Below, piece after piece: positions 26,690 through 37,055 of a DNA stretch of 64,000 nucleotides. The position numbers were made by a program, and so were the translations under genes. The number at the start of each line of letters is the position of its first letter. Position 1 is the stretch's first letter. Location of the stretch: positions 69,688,001-69,752,000 of the forward strand of contig CM060733.1 in assembly GCA_030704615.1 (NCBI GenBank), read 5' to 3'. The DNA comes from Takakia lepidozioides. Taxonomy: Eukaryota; Plantae; Bryophyta. The notes beneath the pieces were generated by a model. That model saw only the letters and a program-made list of their open reading frames with translations, did no database searches and was not told the origin of the DNA.

Positions 26690-27440
26690 TTTGATAGCAA
26701 CACATAAGTCGCGGCATCTTGTTCATCCTACTTGAGGATAGATGTTGCCACACATTTAGCCATCTCCACATTGCCATGGATTCTGCAGGCACCAAGCAAG
26801 GCCTTCCACACCACAACATCTGGATTGATTGACATTTTATTAACCAGGTCCACTGCCTCATCCAGTTGTCCCGCACGTCCAAGAAGGTCCACCATGCAGC
26901 CAAAGTGCTTTATTGTCGGAGTGATACCATGATCTTGACTCAGGGAATCGAAGTAGTGTCTTCCTTCCAATAGGCCAGCGTGTCTGCATGCAGATAGAAC
27001 ACATATAAAGGCTGTCCAGCTTCAAGCCGTTCTTTTGCATTCCTTCAAATAGTTGCAGGACCTCCCTATGACAACATGTTGGGCATATCCTGCGATCATC
27101 GCATTCCATATCTGGCATACATGTCCACGAGGGTATTGTTCAGAACCACATCTGGTACAATTCCAGCAACCATGCCCTTTTCCAGGGCTGCCAGGCTTGA
27201 ATACGCACTGCAAATGCACACAAACGTGATGAGGTCAGGCTTCACCACTTCACCCATCATTTGTTCATATGTCTCCAAAGCCTCCATCCCGTGCCCCTGC
27301 TATGCATACCCTGCAAGCATCGCGTTCCACGACACCACATCTCGTTCAGCCACAGTGTAGAAAACTCTCTTCGCATCCTCGATCCACCCACATTTGGCAT
27401 ATGTCCACCAGGGCAGTGTTCAGGATGAATCTGGTGCAAT
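26690..27440 (-). pseudogene. Second PLS-E PPR pseudogene fragment
   Basis: HFGCMVDLLGRAGQLDEA..VWKALLGACRIHGNVE; paralogous to 22600-23400. Confidence 0.9.
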
Positions 27441-27654
27441 AAGTTAGACAACCACCAGCCTTTGATGTTCGCCTTATTCTACACAAGGTTGCAATGCTCC
27501 ATGGATATGGTGGAAAGGTGAACGATGGCAGAAAACGTTCATTATGCTTTTAAAACCAGCATTCTGTTGAGGTGGTGACCCCTGTCCCAAGGCATCAATG
27601 TTTTGCTTTCTGCTATGTTGGAGCTCTGTTTTTTGTAGTCCACAGCTGGCGCTC

Positions 27655-27960
27655 CTATCTTATGTTAATACTTCGCAATGACAGATCACCAGTTCCTCCC
27701 ATGGAGACCTTCTTGACAGGTTGTGCCATCCCAAATACCTTCCAAAAGCGAAGTGTTTCATCTGCAGCAGCGGAGACTACCATTGTGTAGATAGACTGCT
27801 GACTCAGGTGATGATGATGTGACAGCTGCATCCCAAATGTAGAGCAAGTTGTCATTGCCTCCACTTGCTAGCTGTTGGCCTGACGGTAACCACTTGAGGC
27901 CACACACCTCCTGATTGTGCCCTATCAGATGGGAGGTGACATGATCTCTCACCCGTACTG
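27655..27960 (-). pseudogene. CDC20: CDC20/Fizzy-family WD40 fragment with internal deletion
   Basis: GHNQEVCGLKW..GQQLASGGNDNLLYIWD joined to VVSAAADETLRFWKVF, with a C-terminal IR tail (..RSINIR*). Confidence 0.8.
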
Positions 27961-28169
27961 CCAATTCAAAACACACTCTTTAGCAAGTCATATTTTGAAG
28001 GAAGACATGTCTGCAGTATCCACATACCCTCCTACAAGTACCGAATAAGTATGACGTGAATAAAAAATGGTTGAAAGGGTGAACCAATCATTCCGCTATC
28101 AAATGATTTTATATTGCTTTGGATGTCATTGCTTTGGTAATTCTAGCCCCCCAATGGCCCATTGTAACC

Positions 28170-28520
28170 CTTGAATTACAATTCAAAATGCAATTCAAGC
28201 CCTTAAAATTGGTAATGTCAGTCCCTAAAATGACCAACCCGGACGCCCCTCAAATTGTCAATTCCAACCCCTCAAATTGCAATTGAAGCCCCTGAAATTT
28301 AATTCCAACCCCTCAAATTGCACTTCTAGCCCCTGAAATGGCAATTCCCGCCCCTCAAATTGCAACTGTAGCCTGTGAAATGGCAATTGCTAGTGCAGCC
28401 CTTGAAATTGGCAATTGAAGCCCCTGGAATGGCAGTTTCAGCCCCTCAAATTGCAAGTCCAGTCCCTGAAATTGGCAATTCGAGCCCCATAAATGGCAAT
28501 TTCAGCCCCTGAAATTGGCT
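28170..28520. repeat. Degenerate ~22-bp tandem array
   Basis: More than ten recurring GCCCCT(G/C)AAATT(G)GCAATT units. Confidence 0.85.
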
Positions 28521-28689
28521 ATGGGTGAACTAATCATTCCCCAGCCAAATGATTTTGGATTCATTTGAAACTTTGCAAGTGTCTTGTACATGTCCTCTTA
28601 AAGTTACTAGACAAGTATGATGTCAATGTTAAATGGTTCAAAGGGTGAACCAACAATTCCCATGTTGGATGATTCATGATTAATCGTTA

Positions 28690-29070
28690 ACGATTGATCT
28701 CATACTACAGAGGGTACATTGAACACATTGGCCAAGTCTCAAAGCGAACGAAAATCATTTGGATGGGTAACCATCCGTCGGCCCATTGAACGAATTTCGG
28801 TTGATCTCATATTACTCTAGGGCCTCTTCCATGGTACATTGAACATACTGGCCAAGTCTCAAAGCGAACCAAAATCATTTCGATGGCCAACCATCCGTTG
28901 AGCCATCGAATGAATTTCGATTGATCTAATATTAGTCCGGGACCTGTGAGAGGGTGTCTCGAACGTACTGGCAAAGTTTGGAAGCAAACAAAAATGATTT
29001 GGATGGGCAACCGTCCGCTCACCCATTGAATGTATTCTGTTGGATCTGCTATTACTTTGGGACCTGTTGG
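28690..29070. repeat. ~120-bp tandem repeat, about 3 copies
   Basis: Recurring TTGATCTCATATTAC..GGTACATTGAAC..TGGCCAAGTCTCAAAGCGAAC. A related unit lies at 57640-57730. Confidence 0.8.
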
Positions 29071-29681
29071 ACTGCGTTTTGCGTACTCAGGTTTTTTTTT
29101 TCAGTCCGTTTTTAAATGGGGCGTGTAATGACTCCATATGCAACGTCCGTGCCAAATTTGGGAGCGACCAAAATTCATTTGGACCCAAAACCACAGTTTC
29201 TTGCCCATTTTGCACTCCAAACTTGATTTGTGTTCAATTTCATGCACAATTCATAGAGAGTTCAGCAATAGTGAGCGAAGAGAACACTGTTTTTTAGGGG
29301 CATTTTTTATTGGTCCAAATTTTGGCGGGGGAGTAGTGGTGGGATGCTGGAAGCCGCAGAACAAAATTGAGCCAAAAACAAAATCGATACGTGCCAGAAA
29401 CCCTCAATGAAAGGTAGTGCAAACCTATTTATTGGCTTAAAATGAATTTAAATTCAATTAAATTGTGGAATAGCTTGAGGGGTGAACGCGTCGATGGGGA
29501 GGCAAATGATTTATTCGTCTAATGTGTCTCCACACATGTTCCAGCACATGGGGGCCCGTCTTGAAAGCAAGACTGCCTGGATCTAAATCACATGACACCT
29601 CTTTGGAAATTTGAGACTCTAGCTTATTCCCTTCCTCTCCACACCAATACAATCTAGCATGGGCATCCCTTATGGAATTCA

Positions 29682-30557
29682 CTATCTCAAGAAGAAAGAA
29701 ATCCTTGGAGCCCTCCCCTTTTGTCCGTGGCCACTGTTAATTTCCAGCTTTTCAGTCTCCTCCTCTGGTCCCACAGGGTACCGACTCAATGCATCAACAT
29801 TGGAGTGTTTGGATCCAGCCCTATGAACAATCCTAAAATCAAAATCTTGAAGAATCATTATCCATCTCCCTCGCCTACCATAGGCATCGCTGACGGTAGC
29901 CAGCCATTCAAGGGGCTTGTGATCAGTCCTGATTATGAAGGGAGTGCCATAAAGGTACTGCCGGAAGTGAACTACTCCCCACACAAGGGCATAACACTCA
30001 CCTTCCATAGGGTGGTACTTCTGTTGAGCATCAGAAAGGACTTTGCTCGCATACGCAATCACATGCTCCCGCCGTTGATATTTCTGTGACAGGATGGCTC
30101 CTACCCCTTTGCTGGACCAGTCCACATCAAGGATGAAGGGTCTGGAAAAGTCAGGTCTAGCCAAAACAGGATCAGTCATCAATTTCAAACGCAGAGCTTC
30201 AAAAGCATTCTGAGCCTCAGCAAACCATTTAAAGGGGACATCCTTCCTGGTCAAATTGAACAAGGGCACGCATATCATAGAAAAGCCTTGCACATAAATT
30301 TGATAATAACCAGACATCCCCACAAACACCCTCACCCCCGTGGGGTTCTTCGGGATGGGAAAGGACTGAATTGCAGCAATCTTATTTGGGTCAGGCCTGA
30401 CTCCCTCAGCAGACACCACATGACCCAAGAAAACCAACTCCTCATTACCAAAAGTACATGGGTTCAGACGCAGGTTGGCAGCCTGCAACCTCTCAAAGAC
30501 TCGAACCAAATGTTGCAGGTGCGTGTCCCAATCCAGACTGTGAACATTAACATCATC
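29682..30557 (-). pseudogene. RT C-terminus and RNase H, inverted relative to element 3
   Basis: FLGHVVS..PDPNKIAAI..LDVDWSSKG..ECYALVW..RTDHKPLEWL, close to the element 2 RT/RH but on the strand opposite the LTRs, gag and INT. Confidence 0.9.
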
Positions 30558-30704
30558 ACATCTGTGTGTGGGCATTTTGGCATTTTAGGAAGCAGCTGGT
30601 GGGGCAGCATTTTTATGTGTGTACTGACTTGATGGCTCTGGTCAGAGCACCACAATGGAAGTAACAGTCTGGAGGACTTTTCATTTGAATTTATAGAGGC
30701 TGAT

Positions 30705-32360
30705 GTGAGTGAAGGGCACCTTGCGAAAGGTGTCACTGTCAAAGGAATCTTGAAGAAGCCGGGCGCCCTTGAGGGCCAAGCCCAAAATGAACTGAAGAAA
30801 GTGAGTTTTGATGACTGTGAAGTACTGCAGAACATATGTGTTGTGAGTGATCGTGAGGAATCTGTGAGTGAGAGTTATATGGCAGGAAATCCCAAGCGCA
30901 GGAATGTGCAGGTGGTAGCACGTGTAGAGAGAATGGAATTGATTGGTGGGTTGATGACACCTGTGGAACACGAGCCATGCCTCGAGCAGCCAAGGGTGGC
31001 TGCAACAGCGAATTGGGCAGGATGTGGCATTGGACTGCCTTCCGTTAACATGATTGATACAGGGTGGCATGACCAAAGGGGCTGGACAGATGTTGTGGGG
31101 CACATTTCGGATGGTGCAAGTGCACCTGTTGCAGCAGCAATCAGCTCTGATGTGGGCTGTACACTGGAGGAGAAATCTGAGTTAAATGGGGTGCAACTAG
31201 TTGCTGACTTGAGGTCTGCACCAGAGTCCCGGGAAGTGAATGCATGCGCTGAAGGGGTATTTGACCACACACAACACAGTGTTACCAACATGGATGAGAT
31301 TATGGGCATGGGTTGCATGATACCATCCCACAATGGCTGGATACCAGCAATGTGTGATGACCAAGGGCAAGGGAAGAAACCAGCCCCATCTGACGGGCAG
31401 CACCAGGCCAAAGTGGATGAGAGACCATGCTTAAGGAACGAATCAGGGATGAGTCGCCGACTCTGCAAACACTGCAGCAGTGAAAGAGGGCATATCCGTG
31501 AAGCATGTTCATTGCTACTATTTGGCCATGTTACCAGCTTTGAGTCATGGATGGAGTCTATGCATCGGGGGCGTCAAGATCTAAGAAAGGGTTCAGTACA
31601 TGGAGAAAATCAGTGCCTCGAGGATGATGGAAACAGGGCAGGAGTACCTCTTTCGGCAGATCAGGTGAACCAAACAGGAGCTCATGAAAATGCTATGGAC
31701 GGTCTCTTTCGGCACATGATGGTGGACATTGCAGGTCCATTCCCAGCAACAAGGCAAGGAAACAGGTTTATGTTTGTGGCTGTTGATCCACATTCAGGCA
31801 GTGTGGAGACCAGCCCGTTGGCAGAACGCAGCCCAGCTTGCATCAATCGTTGCCTCAGAGAGGTAATGATCTTGCGTTACGGATGCCCTGAAGCGATTCT
31901 CTCCAGTGACGATGAAGAGTGGGGCGAGAGTTTTGCCAACACATGCAGGCTGTATGGAATTCAGCACGAGCGCATAACACCCGTGTTCAACTACAAACAG
32001 ACAAAGATGGCCAAGCAGCTGCAGATGGCATTTGAGGCTTTGAAAGATTTGGGGAAAAATGAATGGGATGAACACCCCTACCTCTCAGTGATCAGGTATC
32101 ATTTGTTCCTGCAGTATGAGGGCAAGGGTATTAGCAACCAGGACGGCAGCGATGGAACAACTAAGGCAAGGATGGAGGAACATATGTTGGAATCAATTCT
32201 AAGTCTAGAACTCCTTGGGGTACATGGTACTGTTCCTGGTACATTGGAAACTGAGCAAGGAGAACTCAGGGTGGTGAATTCAAATCTTGGGGATGAAGAA
32301 GGAGGGACAGAGCAAGGCAACTGCCTAAAAGTCGAATCTATCTACAAAGGAAATAACTAA
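30705..32360 (+). CDS. 551-aa ORF: spacer, CCHC-like motif, degenerate integrase core
   Basis: MVDIAGPFP..RFMFVAVDPHS..RYGCPEAILSSDDEEW. The NGxxER segment carrying the catalytic Glu is not recognisable. Confidence 0.75.
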   Translation: MSEGHLAKGVTVKGILKKPGALEGQAQNELKKVSFDDCEVLQNICVVSDREESVSESYMAGNPKRRNVQVVARVERMELIGGLMTPVEHEPCLEQPRVAATANWAGCGIGLPSVNMIDTGWHDQRGWTDVVGHISDGASAPVAAAISSDVGCTLEEKSELNGVQLVADLRSAPESREVNACAEGVFDHTQHSVTNMDEIMGMGCMIPSHNGWIPAMCDDQGQGKKPAPSDGQHQAKVDERPCLRNESGMSRRLCKHCSSERGHIREACSLLLFGHVTSFESWMESMHRGRQDLRKGSVHGENQCLEDDGNRAGVPLSADQVNQTGAHENAMDGLFRHMMVDIAGPFPATRQGNRFMFVAVDPHSGSVETSPLAERSPACINRCLREVMILRYGCPEAILSSDDEEWGESFANTCRLYGIQHERITPVFNYKQTKMAKQLQMAFEALKDLGKNEWDEHPYLSVIRYHLFLQYEGKGISNQDGSDGTTKARMEEHMLESILSLELLGVHGTVPGTLETEQGELRVVNSNLGDEEGGTEQGNCLKVESIYKGNN

Positions 32361-32418
32361 TAAAAAAAAGGGACAAAGTGGACGCCGTCACTTAAAAAAA
32401 AGTGAGCCACACCACATA

Positions 32419-33648
32419 TGTAGTGTGAATATGTGGTTATTTTTGCAGCAGTTCGATGGGCTAAGTACTTAAGATTTTACAACATTTAAGTAGTTGGATG
32501 AATAGTAGTGATGGATGAATTATGATTCATTGGATGAGGACATCCATCCGCCAAACATCCATGTGCCCTAGATCGGCAGGATTGATGAGTGATGGCGTTC
32601 TTCATGCAAGCACACAAGCACGGGTACGGTGAGCTCATGACACTTTGTATTCTGGAGCAGGCAACAGCCTATGTCTTAGTTTTTGGTTGCAATTTACTTT
32701 CTTGTTCCTTAGTCAGTATCTGCGATGGCGGCTGAGTTAGTTTTCTGGACAGAGCTAGTTAATATGGTCGACTATAGGAGCTGCAGGTGTAGTAATTGCA
32801 CAGGCAAGTGGGGTTTGGGTTTTAAGGCAAATTTTGGTGAGAAGGAGTTTCTTCTTACTTTTCGGCAGATGGTAGTGAGACAGGCAGAATAAGATAGAGA
32901 AGTGGAGGTGGTGATGGTGACGTGAACGAGAGACTTGAGCTTCAAGCTCCATACTCATTATTTTGTGTAGAGGAAGGATTATGCTGAGGAAGAAGTAAAA
33001 ATCGACTGTTTGGGTCACTGTTTGTCTGGAATCGCATTTGCATGATGCATTAGTTCCTGCATTGTAGCCATGAGGGAAGTCTGATTGCAGCTATGGTCAG
33101 TTGAGCATGTAAAGGGTGTGGGTACAATAGTTGGGGAATCAGGGCATGTATGTAGTGCATCACTCAAACCACATAGTGGGGAGACTCCACATTGCATAGA
33201 TGGAATATTAGGGTGCATCTGTAACATGGCAGCATTGTTGTTTCTTTCCAGAATGTCAGTCGAACCCGCAGCTCGTGCGTAACTGCCGAGTGTATTTGGA
33301 TCTGACCCTTGGACTCGAGAGGTAAAAAGATGAGAGAGAGTGAGAGAAAATGAGAGGATGTCAGGTAGGCGCGGATAGTTCGATCAGGCTTTCTGACGGG
33401 GGTGCCATGAATACAAGAAGGTGACTGCTCTTCACGGGCAAGGCCCACCTCTCAAGGGGGAATCTATGAGGGCTATGCTGGGTGTTTGCAGCATGCGAGA
33501 TCACATGCAAGGCAGTTGTTTATCTGTGACGGATGTGTGTCCTACCTATGTCTTCTCTTCCGCTGCGGCGGGGTGGGACGGAATGGTACTCTAGTGACTT
33601 GAAATGAATGTCGTGGGGAAATGTTTTGCCCCTTTCTTTCACGCCACA
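32419..33648 (+). repeat. 3' LTR of element 3
   Basis: Runs TGTAGTGTG...CACGCCACA and is followed by the ACAC TSD. Confidence 0.92.
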
Positions 33649-34839
33649 ACACTGCAGAACCCAGAAAGGGATGAGAAGCCAACCTACGCGGGCCGTAACG
33701 TATGCCTACGAAATGTCGTAAGTGCGGCGACGCCACGCATCCGGCTACACAACGTACCCGGACTGTGTACCACGTGGTCCGTGCAAAATTTGAAATTGCA
33801 TGAACGGATGAAAAATACAATCCCTCATCCATGGAATCACGACATCCATCGTATTTTGATTTGGATGAGACGTGTACGTGGAATGCTGCTTGATGAACGA
33901 CATCCATACCTACCTGTGCAATAACAGATGGCTACCAGATTACGCAACTTCCGTCGTCGCCACGTACCCACCTGCAACTGGTCTAGGGTGTTTAAGCCAG
34001 GTGGCTAGGACTAGATTACGGCGTACGCAACTACAGATAAGGATGAAAAATGGAGGACGAATGAACGGTAGGGTTTATCGCGCGTCATCCGTGGCACTTT
34101 CATATTTCAATATCCGTCCCGCACTTCTAGGTCGAATCGAGGTTAGGGTTTGGTGAACATCATCCATCCTGGCCACAACAACTCGTCCATACCACATTCA
34201 TCCATATGATAGGCGTATTGCGCACATTTAGTCGAGTACAATATTAGCGACTGATTTCCTTTGCAGGCTCATTGAAGTTTGGGAAGGAGCCACAAATATG
34301 CTTCAGATAGCGCGTGTTGGATGTGAATGATAACGCCATTTCCCTCTTTGACCACTCGAGCCCAGGCTCGAGCTCTCCGTACTGGTGGAGACATGTCATC
34401 TACACCCGGAGCATCTTCATCGACATCTGGAGATGACGACAACAAAGTAATAAATCTAGATGAAGATGACTAGAAAGGCTAGAAACGTAGGGAGTAGGCC
34501 AAAGGTCTCAGGTTGCGAAAACTTAAATGTGCAACCCACTGTATAGTCTACGTAATTTTTGGAAATACGAGGTTCAACCTTTGAACCATATTTGAATGAC
34601 CTCATACTTCTTCGGTACCTGTTTGACGGCATGTACAATATACTGGCAAAGTTTTCAAACAAAAAAAATTGTTGAATGAAGATACCATTGGGTTCACCCC
34701 ATTGCAATTTTAAATCGAACTCGTGACTTGTCCGGTACCTTTAAGAGGGCATGTACAATGCAATGGCAAAGTTTGAAAGCATTCAGAAATCGGCACATCA
34801 AGTAACCATTGGTTCCTCCTGTGAACCATTTTTTAATTT

Positions 34840-37025
34840 CCATACGAGGCCCGTCGGATGAATTCGTCTCGGGGGGAGAGGCCGACACCTGGCCGACAGA
34901 GAATATCCCTCGGATGGAAAAACGGTGCCGAATTTCCATCCGAGGCCGTTCGGATGAAGTCGTCTCGTGGGGAGAGGACGACACCTACCCGACAGAGAAT
35001 ATCCCTCGTATGAAAAAATGGCGCCGATTTTCCATCCAAGGCCGTTCGGATGAAGTTGTCTCGGGGGGGAGAGGCCGACACCTGGCCGACAGAGAACATC
35101 CCCCGGATGGAAAAACGGCGCCGAATTTCAATACGAGGCCTGTCAGATGAAGTCGTCTTGCGGGGAGAGGCCGACACCTGGCCGACAGAGAACATCCCCC
35201 GGATGGAAACGGCCTGAATTTCCATCCGAGGCCGTTCGGATGAAGTTGTCTCGGGGGGAGAGGCTGACACCTGGCCGACAGAGAACATCCCCCGGATGGA
35301 AAAACGGCGCCGTCTCGTGGGGAGAGGCTGACACCTGGCCGACAGAGAATATCCCTCGGATGGAAAAACGACGCCGAATTTCCATCCGAGGCCTTTCGGA
35401 TGAAGTCGTCTCGGGGGAAGAGGCCGACACCTGGCCGACAGAGAACATCCCCCGGATGGGAAAACGGCGCCGAATTTCCATACGAGGCCCGTCGGATGAA
35501 GTCGTCTCGGGGGAGAGGCCGACACCTGGCCGACAAAGAACATCCCCGGATGGAAAAACGGCGCCGAATTTCCATACGAGGCCGTCGATGAAGTCGTCTC
35601 TGGGGGAGAGGCCGACATCTGGCCGGAAACATCCCTCAGATGGAAAAACGACGCCGTATTTCCATCCAAGGCCGCACGGATGGAGTCGACTCGGGGGGAG
35701 TGGCCGAAAGAGATCATCTGCAGGATGGAAAAATGGCGCCGAATATCCATCAACAGACGCCCGTATCGACCCTTCATCAACAATTTTCATTCGTTTTTCG
35801 CGTTTTTTTGTCTAATCAGTCACTCAACTTAGAGTTTTTCGCCTGCGGTCACTTTTTGGCACGTTATGCCCACCAATGTCGTCCGGTAGAGACAATTCGT
35901 GCCGGATTTCCATCCATGAGGTGGACTGACTTACTTGCAGGATGGAAATTTGGCGCCGGTTTTCCATCTTGCAGCGCTCCAGTTTACCTACAGGATGGAA
36001 ATTCGGCGCCGGTTTTCCATCTTGTAGCGCTCCGGTTTACCTGCAGGATGGAAATTTGGCGCGGTTTTCCATCCGGCCATGCTCGGCCCGCTTACCTGCA
36101 GGATGGAAATTCGGCGCCGGTTTTCCATCCGGCTGCTTCTGGATGAGAACGTCTCGGGCAGAGGGAGGGCCACGGTGCGTCCCACTTCATCCGCTGAATG
36201 GAAATTCGGCGCCGTTTTTTCCATCCAGTGGGCTGTTGATGAAGTCTCGGGGGGAGGTGGGCAGGTGGCACCTGTGGGCGACCTCCATACCTACATTAAG
36301 GGCGCAGTTGCGCATTAAATGTCCTCCGCCGTCTGTTTTGAACCGGACGTTCCACATGGATACCGCGCTTGCTTCCCGGATATGCCTTCGACACTTGATA
36401 TGACGGGTGGATGAAGTTCCATTCGAGGCATGTACGCACGCATTCTATGGGGATTTTTTCTTTTACTCGGACCTATGCCACGTGGAGAAGGGCGTGGCCT
36501 CTCCTGAGAGAACCCCACATCCAGACCGCGTCGCAAACTGAAGCCTTTGTACTACGGCAGCACATGCGCAATGCACCAGCCGAACGGTGACAAAGCGGCA
36601 ACGCGCCTTCTGTACAGGTACATACGCGTTGCCTTTCTTTGATCCGTGGCCATTGTAGTCCCTATATTTCCAGGATGTAAGTTGCCTTATGTGGCGCATG
36701 AAAATTAGTTGTGAAGCCCCTAGAAAAATGGCGCCGAATTTCTTGTTTCCGGCCATGGGGGCGGATGGCTAAGCCCCGGGGGTGGCTGGCACAGTCTAGA
36801 AATTCGGCGCCATTTTTCCAATTCCGGGCCCAGTCAGTTCTGGAACTTGCCATTTTCGGACCCGGACTGGAAAAATGGCGCCATATTTCCAGTACAGGGT
36901 CCGAAAATGGCTAAGTCCTTGGGGCGGATGGCACATATTCTGGAAATTTTGGCGCCATTTTTCCAGTTCCGGGCCCAGTGAGATCTGGGACTTAGCCATT
37001 TTCGGACCCAGCCTGGAAAAATGGA
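34840..37025. repeat. GC-rich tandem arrays (~97-bp units 34840-35720, shorter related units 35900-36250 and 36720-37025)
   Basis: The unit contains GGCCGACACCTGGCCGACAGAG and GGATGGAAAAACGGCGCCGAATTTCCAT. The related units share the quasi-palindromic GGCGCC core. Confidence 0.9.
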
Positions 37026-37055
37026 TGTGATTCTGTCTGTGTTTTTTGAATGCAG

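Larger units (their letters stand above)
18695..33648 (+). mobile_element. Ty3/gypsy-type element 3 with two LTRs, ACAC TSD, internal cargo and inversion
   Basis: LTRs at 18695-19890 and 32419-33648 (TG..CA). ACAC lies at 18691-18694 and 33649-33652, while the paralogous empty site at 49068-49071 has a single ACAC. PBS at 19891, gag 20357-20990, RT/RH 29682-30557 on the minus strand, INT-like ORF 30705-32360. Confidence 0.9.

Noticed and set aside
34694-36403. Many overlapping 100-300-aa ORFs on both strands
   Set aside because: They are by-products of a GC-rich tandem repeat and have no protein motifs.
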